Source: a virus
Strand: one strand, 5' to 3'
Length of the DNA: 64,000 bases
IMG/VR virus record: IMGVR_UViG_3300027970_000001
Location: 64,001-128,000 of that record
A program made the translations under genes and the position numbers. This document shows positions 9,771 to 17,746 of the stretch, in pieces. The stretch's first letter is position 1; the number at the start of each line of letters is the position of its first letter. The notes below the pieces were generated by a model. It was not told the DNA's origin. It saw nothing but the letters and a program-made list of their open reading frames with translations, and ran no database searches.

Positions 9771-10439
9771 GTGTCCGACCAAAGCAGTAAAAAGTCGAAC
9801 AGGAGCCCCGTTGGTCGTCCAAGGGTGCCAGAGACACCTCACATCCCGCCGACGGGAAGCGAAAGGGCGTCGGGGTCGGTTGCCCGGTGCAAGGGAACGT
9901 GCGGACTGGAATGGGGCTTCAAGTCCCTGACCAGCGGCAGATGCCCGAACTGCCTCAGGGGGTGGTACCGGGAGCGGGCTTACGAGTGGAGGGCCAGGCA
10001 AATCCCGGGTTTCAACCGGAAAATGCTAGAAGAGGCGCTCGAATCGCAGGACAACAAGTGCGCCGTGTGCTCGGTCGAGTTCGATGCGGCCACGGTTGAG
10101 CGTCGTCCTCAGATGGACCGCGACCCTGGCACCGGATATTTCCGCGCGATGCTCTGTCGCCGGTGCGGATTCACGGTGACCTGGGGGCAGAACGACCCCG
10201 ACAGGCTGCGAAAGGCCGCCGACTACGTCGAGGACCAGGCCGAACGGTCCGCCAGGATGCCGCCTCCGTCGAAGGCGCTGTCCACGAACATGTCGCAGGG
10301 CAGGAAAAGCTCGGAGTTCTATGTCACCGACGCTGGAGAGAGCATCCCCATGAAGGAGCTGACCCGCAGGATGACAGACGATCCAGAGCTGAGCGCGGAG
10401 GTCGACCGGAAGCTTATGGAGCAGATCCGGGGGCGTTGA
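9771..10439 (+). CDS. recombination endonuclease VII-like HNH protein, apparently degenerate
   Basis: SQDNKCAVC...MDRDPGTGYFRAMLCRRCG aligns to the DHxHxTGxVRGxLCxxCN pattern, but the His and Asn residues are replaced. Confidence 0.65.
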   Translation: MSDQSSKKSNRSPVGRPRVPETPHIPPTGSERASGSVARCKGTCGLEWGFKSLTSGRCPNCLRGWYRERAYEWRARQIPGFNRKMLEEALESQDNKCAVCSVEFDAATVERRPQMDRDPGTGYFRAMLCRRCGFTVTWGQNDPDRLRKAADYVEDQAERSARMPPPSKALSTNMSQGRKSSEFYVTDAGESIPMKELTRRMTDDPELSAEVDRKLMEQIRGR

Positions 10440-10474
10440 CCCGTCGCTTCGCCCGACATACAACGAGGTCAGCC

Positions 10475-11575
10475 ATGCCGCGCAAGCTTCAACCAAACGA
10501 CCGTGGATTCCGATGGAATCGCGGAACGAAGGTCTACCACGCCACCTTGGCGCTCGATGCGGTGCTGTCCGAGGGGCTGAAGTCTCGTCGAGACCTATCG
10601 GAGCGAGTTCAGGCCACGGGCGGCGGCCCCGATGAGGCGATCAGCTTCACGACGGACATCAGGGTCGCCCGCGCGATCTGCGTGGGCCTCGTTACCCTAG
10701 CCAAGATCGCAAAAGGTCAGATGCTCCTCGGCGACCTGGTCATCTCGGCGAGCAACGTCGCGCCGGAAGCGACGCGGTTGACCCTTGCTGACATGAAGCT
10801 GCGGGAGATCGACATTGTCAACCGAGACCGCGGCCTCTTCCCCTTCTCCAGCAGCGCATGGTCCGCCGGGGAGAAGGTGGACGTCGACCTCGCGGTGGCT
10901 GAGATCGCGGCAGATCCTGCATCTTTTGAGGACGTGAAGACCGACTCGATGAACGACGGCGCTCCGTATGCCGTTTCAGGATGGTCCAAGGCCGAGGCGC
11001 TCAAGAAGATCTTGCGCCAGCCAGACCAGTTCAACCCGCGCTCCACCGCCAAGATCGGGTTCGAGTTCTACAAGAGGCACTGGCTACCCTACGCCTTCTG
11101 GGACAAGGCCGCCTACAACCCCGACTTCATCGGCACCTCCGCAAGCAAGATGGCGGAGGTCGACGAGTCTCAGATCGGCATTCTGGTCGCCACGCTCGAT
11201 GCGGACTGGGTCTGCACAGAGAGCAAGGCGGCCGAGCAGATGGGCTACTACGATGAAGCCCAAAGCATCCGCTGGGATATCGGAGACTGGGCGCACGATT
11301 GCGAGCACGCCCTTCGTTTCGGGCACAGGGTTCGGACCATCCCTCGCGGCACCGGATGGGAGCAGCCGGACCCCAAAGACACCGTCTACTACGTCTGGAA
11401 CCTGTCAGAGCCGCGGGTTTACGACAGCGGCATGATCCGGGGACTGAAGCTTGAAGAGGAGGCCGACGACGCGCTCTCCAAATGCGAGCAGGCTTGGTAC
11501 AAGAACGGCATCGAGCTGCAAGCCCCTCCGATCGCCCACCCTTGGTTCACGGAAGAAGCGCCGTACATGCGGTGA
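10475..11575 (+). CDS. ADP-ribosyltransferase-like protein
   Basis: VYHAT...VLSEGLKSR...GGGPDEAISFTTD. Paralog of 23344-24216. GAGG SD; N-terminal LQPN motif. Confidence 0.55.
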   Translation: MPRKLQPNDRGFRWNRGTKVYHATLALDAVLSEGLKSRRDLSERVQATGGGPDEAISFTTDIRVARAICVGLVTLAKIAKGQMLLGDLVISASNVAPEATRLTLADMKLREIDIVNRDRGLFPFSSSAWSAGEKVDVDLAVAEIAADPASFEDVKTDSMNDGAPYAVSGWSKAEALKKILRQPDQFNPRSTAKIGFEFYKRHWLPYAFWDKAAYNPDFIGTSASKMAEVDESQIGILVATLDADWVCTESKAAEQMGYYDEAQSIRWDIGDWAHDCEHALRFGHRVRTIPRGTGWEQPDPKDTVYYVWNLSEPRVYDSGMIRGLKLEEEADDALSKCEQAWYKNGIELQAPPIAHPWFTEEAPYMR

Positions 11576-11587
11576 GATGGAGATGAC

Positions 11588-12007
11588 GTGTCGGATGAAT
11601 CCGGTTTTTCTGTCGTAGACGAAGGAGACGAGCTGTCAGTACACGCGGCTGACCTCGGCTTTGCATCGTTTCTGTACGGGTCGACAAGACACGTTGTCGA
11701 GACGCTGCTCGCTGCGGAGCGCGCTGAGACGGCCGAGTGGGCAGCGGACGCTGGAGACGAATCAATTGCATGGCTGACCGGGATCGAGGTCGTGCCAGGC
11801 CAAAGGCGCTTGGGCCTCGGAAGCGAGATGCTGGTGCGCGGCCTTGAAGAGCTGGAGCAGAGGGGCGTGGCTCTCGTGTTCTTGAACTCGATGCCCGACT
11901 TGGGCTACGAGCGGAAGCTTCCGGCGTGGTATCGAAAGCACGGGTTCCGATCTGCCGGCAAGATGGACGGGACGACCGTTTACTTCCAGCATCTCTCGGG
12001 AGAATAG
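11588..12007 (+). CDS. GNAT acetyltransferase
   Basis: LTGIEVVPGQRRLGLGSEMLVRG...LPAWYRKHGFR. Confidence 0.85.
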   Translation: MSDESGFSVVDEGDELSVHAADLGFASFLYGSTRHVVETLLAAERAETAEWAADAGDESIAWLTGIEVVPGQRRLGLGSEMLVRGLEELEQRGVALVFLNSMPDLGYERKLPAWYRKHGFRSAGKMDGTTVYFQHLSGE

Positions 12008-12151
12008 GGACCCCGGCCAAGTTTGTCTTGCCATCTTGATCGAGGGGTGATCTAACGTGGACGTGCGGCGCGACACGACGGCAGAGGCAACGATCGTTGC
12101 CAAGTACGCTACGATGGAAGGCCTTCTCGACGAGCGAGGGCGCCGAGTTCG

Positions 12152-12523
12152 ATGCGATTTCCGATCTGGTCTACCCTCGCGATGCTGCCGACCACGTGGC
12201 TGCTGACGATCAACGCCAGCGCGCTGGCTTTGGTCTACTGCGCCAGCATGATGTTCACCTTCGCGTATCACGCGAGCGGAGAGCAGCAGTGGCGTCGAAT
12301 CGACCATGTTTTCGCCTACGGGGTGATCGGCTCCAATGCTTGGATGGCCTTCGAGACGCACAGTTTCGCATGGACGGCCGCGGCGCTGGCCATGGTGGTG
12401 ATCTCCTTGCGGTTCTACCACCTGGCCAAGACTCGACCTGACCTGTACGACTGGTGGCACGGCTGGTGGCACCTTGCTGCGGGGGCGGCAGGCTGGTGCT
12501 TCGCGTGCGGCTACTTGTCGTGA
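12152..12523 (+). CDS. small multi-pass membrane protein, CREST (HlyIII/ceramidase)-like
   Basis: TFAYH, RIDH and HGWWH motifs at the ends of hydrophobic helices. Confidence 0.55.
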   Translation: MRFPIWSTLAMLPTTWLLTINASALALVYCASMMFTFAYHASGEQQWRRIDHVFAYGVIGSNAWMAFETHSFAWTAAALAMVVISLRFYHLAKTRPDLYDWWHGWWHLAAGAAGWCFACGYLS

Positions 12524-12934
12524 TCAGCGCAGCAGCCTTTCGAGCGCGACCATAGGCTCCAGGATGCCTGGAACGAGGTCGAACTTGACGGCTTGCTTGA
12601 TGGGCACCCATCGCATGTCGCTGCTCTCCCACGTCATCTTCAGATCGCCGGTCCATCGGCGGCTGACGTAGAGGTGCAAGGTGCCCCAGTCGTGGTGAGT
12701 CACCGAGAGGATGGAAAGCCCGCGCGGCGTGACCGACACCTCCTCTTGCGCTTCCCTTACGGCTGCTTCGATGGGCGTCTCGCCGGGGTCGACCGTGCCA
12801 CCTGGCAGGTTCCACTTGCCTGGCATCCACGGCGCGGTCATCCCCCGCTTTAGCAGGAGGACCTCGTTTCTGTCGTTGACGAGGAACACGGCTGCGCCGC
12901 CGCCGACCGCGTTGCGAGTCACCAGCGGTTGCAA
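12524..12934 (-). CDS. Nudix hydrolase
   Basis: WNLPGGTVDPGETPIEAAVREAQEEV, a full Nudix box. Confidence 0.9.
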   Translation of the reverse strand: MQPLVTRNAVGGGAAVFLVNDRNEVLLLKRGMTAPWMPGKWNLPGGTVDPGETPIEAAVREAQEEVSVTPRGLSILSVTHHDWGTLHLYVSRRWTGDLKMTWESSDMRWVPIKQAVKFDLVPGILEPMVALERLLR

Positions 12935-12988
12935 TGGCTTACCTGTGTTTTCAGGGGCATTCCGCGGTCGCCATTGCGTGGCTTCAAA

Positions 12989-13231
12989 TCAGCGGATGAC
13001 GCGCAGCTTCCGGCCGTCCGCCCCACGGACCATGCTGTCGGGGGCGAGCTTCCAGTAGTTGCAGCAGCCGTAGGTCTTCACGGGCACCTTGAGGCCCATG
13101 CAGAAGCCGTCCTTGTCGCCAAGGTACTGGAGCTTCGAGCAAGTGCCGCAGAAGTATCCGGGGCCCGCGCTCGCGAAGCCCTCGACCTGTACGTATCCGG
13201 CGCCGTCCTTGATCTGCTTTTCGGTCTGCAT
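12989..13231 (-). CDS. small Cys-rich protein, HiPIP-like Fe-S candidate
   Basis: CGTC...FCMGLKVPVKTYGCCNYW. Confidence 0.45.
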   Translation of the reverse strand: MQTEKQIKDGAGYVQVEGFASAGPGYFCGTCSKLQYLGDKDGFCMGLKVPVKTYGCCNYWKLAPDSMVRGADGRKLRVIR

Positions 13232-13247
13232 GGGCCCCCGCGTTGGC

Positions 13248-13517
13248 TCAGCGACGCCGACGGCGTCCGTGTTTGTTGAGGCGCAGCGACAGGCCGGCGC
13301 CGCCGGGGCCGACGTTGAGGAACGAGCCGCCCATGCCTCCGCCGCCGCCGCCGAAGCTCAGGATGGGGAACTTGTACGCCAGGTACCCTAGGCCGCCACC
13401 GATGGCCAGAGCGCCAAGGCCAATTGCCATGGCCGTGCTGTCAGACATCGGCGTCGAAGTGGTGGTCGTGGTGGTCGAAGTGAACTGGCCCAGGCTGGGC
13501 GAGTTGAAGTAGCTCAC
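13248..13517 (-). CDS. small single-pass membrane protein with Arg tail (putative virion membrane protein)
   Basis: MSYF..SLGQ leader, TM AIGLGALAIGGGLGYLAY, tail LRLNKHGRRRRR. Confidence 0.6.
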   Translation of the reverse strand: MSYFNSPSLGQFTSTTTTTTSTPMSDSTAMAIGLGALAIGGGLGYLAYKFPILSFGGGGGGMGGSFLNVGPGGAGLSLRLNKHGRRRRR

Positions 13518-13774
13518 GAGTGCCTCCGATGGCGACGGCGGTTCTTCTTGAAGATGTGCTCGGTCAGGAGCCGATGCTGGCCCATGACGTTGCCGACAAT
13601 CGCCATGACGATGCCGCCGATGACGCCGCCGAACAGCACCGTCTTGGCTCCACCTGACATCTCAGGGGCGGGCGCAGCGGCGGGCGGGGCAGTGGCAGGC
13701 GCGACCTGGCCGAAACCGTTCATCACGATGAAGCGGGAGTCCAAGGACCTCCCACGGGTCGATAGGTGTTGCAT
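13514..13774 (-). CDS. small single-pass membrane protein with Arg tail
   Basis: MNGFGQ motif, TM segment, tail IFKKNRRRHRRHS. Confidence 0.6.
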   Translation of the reverse strand: MQHLSTRGRSLDSRFIVMNGFGQVAPATAPPAAAPAPEMSGGAKTVLFGGVIGGIVMAIVGNVMGQHRLLTEHIFKKNRRRHRRHS

Positions 13775-13820
13775 CGCCGTGACAGTATCACAGGTGAAAG
13801 TAGAGCGCCAGGCTCGGCGC

Positions 13821-14594
13821 CTAATCCACCGACAGCACCTTCACCGGAAGGTAGGCGTTGTCAAAAATCACGTACTCGTCCCCACCTGGCGAGTAGCCAT
13901 CGATGTGGAAGGCGCTGTACCCATGGCGCTCTGCAATCGCGGAGATGTCCGATAGGTCAAGCTCGGTGCCGAGGATGCGCTCCACCTCGGCATCGCGAAA
14001 CGCTTCGGCGTTCTCGACGATGCTATCCATGAGGGCTTTGATGCTGTCGGCAACTTGCTCGTCGAGACCTCCTTCGACAGCCTCTCCGAGGGGCTCTTCG
14101 CAGGCCTCGGTGGCCATCCAGTTGCCTTGGCGTAGCTCATCCATTGTGCCCTTGAAGCACTGCTCCACCAGCGGTCGCGTTTCCGTCGGCAACCGCCTCG
14201 CCTGCTCCAGCAGCTCGGGCGTCAGCTTCCATCTGTCCAGGGCCTGCACGCCGAGAGCGTCCTTGACCTCTCCCTCGCAGTCTTCGAGCACAGAGTAGCG
14301 GTGCAGCTCGCCTGTCTTCCTGTCCTTGATATTGAACGAGAAGGGAGATGACCCCGGCGTGTAGATCACCAGCGATTGGCCGCACTCGTACGTGTCCGGC
14401 CCGATCTGGGCGACCAGCTCATCGGGCACTGGCGAGACCACGGAGTGGATGTGCTTGCCGAAGACCGACGCGAAGTCAGGGTCGGACGTTAGGTAGAGGC
14501 CGTACCCCAGCGAACCCGTGTAGCCAGGATCGTTGCCGTCTAGCTCCTCAAGCTCCTCGCTTGAGCCGTGGTACATCACGCTGGGGTCGGCCAT
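13821..14594 (-). CDS. ART-PolyVal-like ADP-ribosyltransferase domain protein
   Basis: MYHGS...SLGYGLYLTSDPDFASVFG and C-terminal GYSAFHIDG...EYVIFD. Confidence 0.65.
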   Translation of the reverse strand: MADPSVMYHGSSEELEELDGNDPGYTGSLGYGLYLTSDPDFASVFGKHIHSVVSPVPDELVAQIGPDTYECGQSLVIYTPGSSPFSFNIKDRKTGELHRYSVLEDCEGEVKDALGVQALDRWKLTPELLEQARRLPTETRPLVEQCFKGTMDELRQGNWMATEACEEPLGEAVEGGLDEQVADSIKALMDSIVENAEAFRDAEVERILGTELDLSDISAIAERHGYSAFHIDGYSPGGDEYVIFDNAYLPVKVLSVD

Positions 14595-14601
14595 AGGTCT
14601 C

Positions 14602-14784
14602 CTAATATCCGCCTGACTTGAACCAGCCCTGGCCGTTCAGGACAAACGAGGTCTGCCCGATGAGGCGGTTGGGCTCACCGTCGCAGCCTTCGGTGGGGCA
14701 CTCTCTGAGAGGCGGGTCTGAGATCTTCCGCTTCTTCTCGAACTCGACCTTGCACTTGGGACATTCGTAGGGGTACGTCGGCAT
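14602..14784 (-). CDS. FmdB-family zinc-ribbon protein
   Basis: MPTYPYECPKC...CPTEGC...RLIGQTSFVLNGQGWFKSGGY. Confidence 0.85.
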   Translation of the reverse strand: MPTYPYECPKCKVEFEKKRKISDPPLRECPTEGCDGEPNRLIGQTSFVLNGQGWFKSGGY

Positions 14785-14802
14785 GATCGAGGTGTAGCTT
14801 GG

Positions 14803-15149
14803 TCAGTCGACCTTCACTGCGCCAGCGGCGATGGGGTCGAAGCCTTGGGGCCAGACGGTTTTGTCGTTCCACTCCGCGCCCTTCAGGTTGGCCCCGGTCA
14901 GGTCGGCATTGCGAAGGTCGGCATCGATCTCCCCGCCTGGAACATCTCACGCATCGCCCCCCGCGACGCTGACGCTTCCTCGGACGCCTGAGCGTAGGAC
15001 GCTTCTTCGATTTCTCGCCACGGCTCATCGATGCCGATGGTGTTGAAGATGACGCTCAATGTATCGAGCACCACCCACGGCTGCTTCTCACCGTAGAGCT
15101 TCTGGATGTACTTGAGACGGTCGATGGGCGGGTTCTGGGTCAGCATCAC
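14803..15149 (-). pseudogene. frameshifted gene: N-terminus paralogous to 28500-30221, C-terminal pentapeptide repeats
   Basis: Adding one G at the G4 run (14931-14934) joins MMLTQNPP...MREMFQAG to EIDADLRNADLTGANLKGAEWNDKTVWPQGFDP, with a stop at 14803. Confidence 0.6.
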
Positions 15150-16018
15150 TCGCCCTCCGTCTCAAACTTGGCGCCCTTCGGCATCTTTACCGGGAACGGG
15201 CTTTCTTTTGGCAGAAGTCCAGGGAACGCCTGCTCTAGCGCAACGCTGGAGGTGCCGTGGTACTCGATCTGAGCGGCTGGGTCGGCGCCTGCCGAGTAGA
15301 CGACGCGCTCAACCACGTTGCCATCGCTGGTCACATCGTCGAGCGTCCAGACCTGCCATCCAGCACCTTCCAAGCGCTCGATGTCGGCCTCCGCGTCATC
15401 GTCGTCGGGAGGGTACACAACCTCGTACCACCAGGGCTTGACGGCAGTGACCTGAACCACGCGGTCAAGATCGAAATCGTCCATGAACCTGGTCTGATCG
15501 ACGAGAATCATCAGGACGCGAGATGGAATCTTGCCCGATGACACCCAGTCCGAGATGACGCTGTCCGGCTCGATCCCGGCCTCGCCGGCGTACAACTCCA
15601 CTGCTTTCATCGGGAAGTTGCCCATCCGCTCGAACAGGAAGTCCGACGGGTGGTCCCCGACGCCAAGCTCGCTCATGAAGTCGTCGTTTTGCTCCATCGC
15701 GAGCAAGTCAGCGAACGTCTTGCCTTCCGACAGGCTCTTTGCCACGCCCCGGCGAAAGCCATCGTCCTTGAAGGTGTAGCCAGCCTGGATCATGGCATCG
15801 GCGTCCGGCAGAGGCACCAGCCCCCGCACATCGAGCGCGACGACCACAGGGTAGCCCTTGTTGGCGAGGTGATCCCACGTCGCAATCGCGTAGGCAGCCG
15901 CAATCTGCTTGTCGGTCGTCGTGTGAACCCCGGAGAAATACTCCTCGGGGAGTCCGAACTTCTTTTGCGGCTGGTGAAAGCTCTGCGGTGGCTTGGCCAG
16001 CAACGGGTTGCGACGCAT
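15146..16018 (-). CDS. ART-like protein with N-terminal MRRNP tag
   Basis: GVHTTTDKQIAAAYA near the N-terminus and EYHGTS near the C-terminus. Start moved to MRRNP, which has a -10 TAAGCT 7 nt upstream. Confidence 0.5.
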   Translation of the reverse strand: MRRNPLLAKPPQSFHQPQKKFGLPEEYFSGVHTTTDKQIAAAYAIATWDHLANKGYPVVVALDVRGLVPLPDADAMIQAGYTFKDDGFRRGVAKSLSEGKTFADLLAMEQNDDFMSELGVGDHPSDFLFERMGNFPMKAVELYAGEAGIEPDSVISDWVSSGKIPSRVLMILVDQTRFMDDFDLDRVVQVTAVKPWWYEVVYPPDDDDAEADIERLEGAGWQVWTLDDVTSDGNVVERVVYSAGADPAAQIEYHGTSSVALEQAFPGLLPKESPFPVKMPKGAKFETEGE

Positions 16019-16117
16019 GCCGCGGAGCTTACAACGGCAAGGGCCCGGAGCCAAGGCAAGAAGCCCAGCGGCGCGCACCGGAGGGGCGCCGTTGGGCTCC
16101 GTGACGGTCGGGCAGAC

Positions 16118-16441
16118 TCAGCGGCGCGAGGTCTTGCGCTTCGAGGTCTTCTTACGCTTCGACGACATCAGGCTCGATTCGAGCCGGCCACGACGCTCGG
16201 GAGCGGACTTCTTCGAGGTGCGCTTCTTCGAGGCAACCTTCTTGGAGGTGGCCTTCTTGGAGGTGCGCTTCTTGGAGGTGGCCTTCTTGGAGGTGCGCTT
16301 CTTCGAGGTCTTGCGCTTGGAAGCCCGCTCTGCCTTGCGCGAGGCGGCCTCCGCGAGCTGATCAACGCGAGCGAATAGACGCATCAGTTCCTGCATGCGA
16401 GAGATCAAGCTATCTTTCGAGGGCAACTTCTTCTTTGCCAC
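16118..16441 (-). CDS. histone H1/protamine-like basic protein
   Basis: Tandem [KR]xTSKK repeats; GTG start with GGAG SD. Confidence 0.75.
   Translation of the reverse strand: MAKKKLPSKDSLISRMQELMRLFARVDQLAEAASRKAERASKRKTSKKRTSKKATSKKRTSKKATSKKVASKKRTSKKSAPERRGRLESSLMSSKRKKTSKRKTSRR
16208..16312. repeat. 15-bp coding tandem repeat, 7 copies
   Basis: Unit cttcttsgaggtgsc/gcg, encoding xTSKK on the minus strand. Confidence 0.9.
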
Positions 16442-16525
16442 CGTCTTGCTCCATTCAAGGCGTCCGCAAGATGCGGCGCTCGGAGGCCCACCGTATCACA
16501 AAAGAGTCACGCATCAAACTCGGGG

Positions 16526-17026
16526 TCACACGATGAGCGCGTGCTGCGACCAGAAGTCCCTGGCCTCGGCCACGCCTTCCCAGTTCGGGATGGTCGTGTC
16601 CCCGGGTTCCCTCGGAGAGGCGGCTCCACCGTAGGCCGTGTAGAGGACCAAGCCCTCGTGGCCTCCTGTCGGACCGGCAAACACCGTCACCATGCGGACG
16701 CGCGGCTTGTCCCTGGAGTCCTTGAACACTCGGCTGGCGCACTTCCGGTTTCCACGGATGATGTACTTGACCTCCGACTCGTCCACGGGCGGCTCTCCCA
16801 CGGACGGGCCGACGAGCGCGCTCTCCACGGTGCCAAGCTCAGGCGGGAGCATCAGGGTCTCGATGAAGAACGAGTTGCGGTCTGCCACCTGCCCAAGCAC
16901 CCATTCAAGCTGCTCGGCGGTGAGCCCGTGGTCCACGTGACTCTCGGGGATGACCTTCACAGGATTCATGGCAAGGTGACGTCGCCTGCTGGATTTCCTG
17001 TCAGGCCGCTTGCTGGTGCGCTTCAT
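16526..17026 (-). CDS. hypothetical protein with basic leader MKRTSKR...LAMNP
   Basis: Globular domain SHVDHGL...LYTAYGGAASPREPGD...FWSQHAL follows the tag. Confidence 0.65.
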   Translation of the reverse strand: MKRTSKRPDRKSSRRRHLAMNPVKVIPESHVDHGLTAEQLEWVLGQVADRNSFFIETLMLPPELGTVESALVGPSVGEPPVDESEVKYIIRGNRKCASRVFKDSRDKPRVRMVTVFAGPTGGHEGLVLYTAYGGAASPREPGDTTIPNWEGVAEARDFWSQHALIV

Positions 17027-17035
17027 CCCGCAAGA

Positions 17036-17746
17036 TTGCTCCGCCTCAAGAGGACGGTCAACGCTCTCGTTGACTTCCTCCGCGGCGGTGATTACATCCG
17101 ACACACCAGCCAGGAGATCCCGTTGAGCGAGAACAAGAACCAGGCGCCCCGACGCAAAAAGAAGATCGGGGCCCGCCTGCCCGGACTGCGCCTGCCCAAG
17201 TGGGCATCCGAAGTCGAGACCGACACCTACAAGCGTTTGCGAGCGGCCGTCGCTGCTGCTGGAAACGAGAAGACTTGGTTGGACGCAGCATCGGAGCTTG
17301 CCCGCTATGCCAGGGACAACTTCGGCATGGATGCGGCGGACGCGCTGTGGACCGCGCTTTGGAACTACAACGCGACCCTTCCCGGTGCCAACGCCGCAGT
17401 CGTGACGTGCCCCAACTGCGGCAACCGAGACATGGATCTGATGCTCGTGGAGCGCGTCGAGATTCGCCACGCCAAGCTCACTCGCGCTGTCCGAGAGGAG
17501 AGCAAGCCAACCCAGGGCGTGTTCCAAAACTTCTTCAAGGACATCGAGCCGAAATACCCCGACTCGGCCCCCGTGACCAAGGGCGTCATCTGGCCCGAGG
17601 GATGCCGGCACCAGGAGCTTCGAGTCCGCTGCGCCGTCTGCGATGAGGCATGGGAAGGGCTCGACGAGGTCGACTTCGACCCCGGCTACAGCGGCAGCCC
17701 AGACCCGATGGAACCGAGGGCCACGCCCAAGACGATGCTGAACTAG
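17036..17746 (+). CDS. hypothetical protein with split zinc ribbon (start uncertain)
   Basis: CPNCG and C..H..VRCAVC; converges on the neighbouring gene. Confidence 0.5.
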   Translation: MLRLKRTVNALVDFLRGGDYIRHTSQEIPLSENKNQAPRRKKKIGARLPGLRLPKWASEVETDTYKRLRAAVAAAGNEKTWLDAASELARYARDNFGMDAADALWTALWNYNATLPGANAAVVTCPNCGNRDMDLMLVERVEIRHAKLTRAVREESKPTQGVFQNFFKDIEPKYPDSAPVTKGVIWPEGCRHQELRVRCAVCDEAWEGLDEVDFDPGYSGSPDPMEPRATPKTMLN

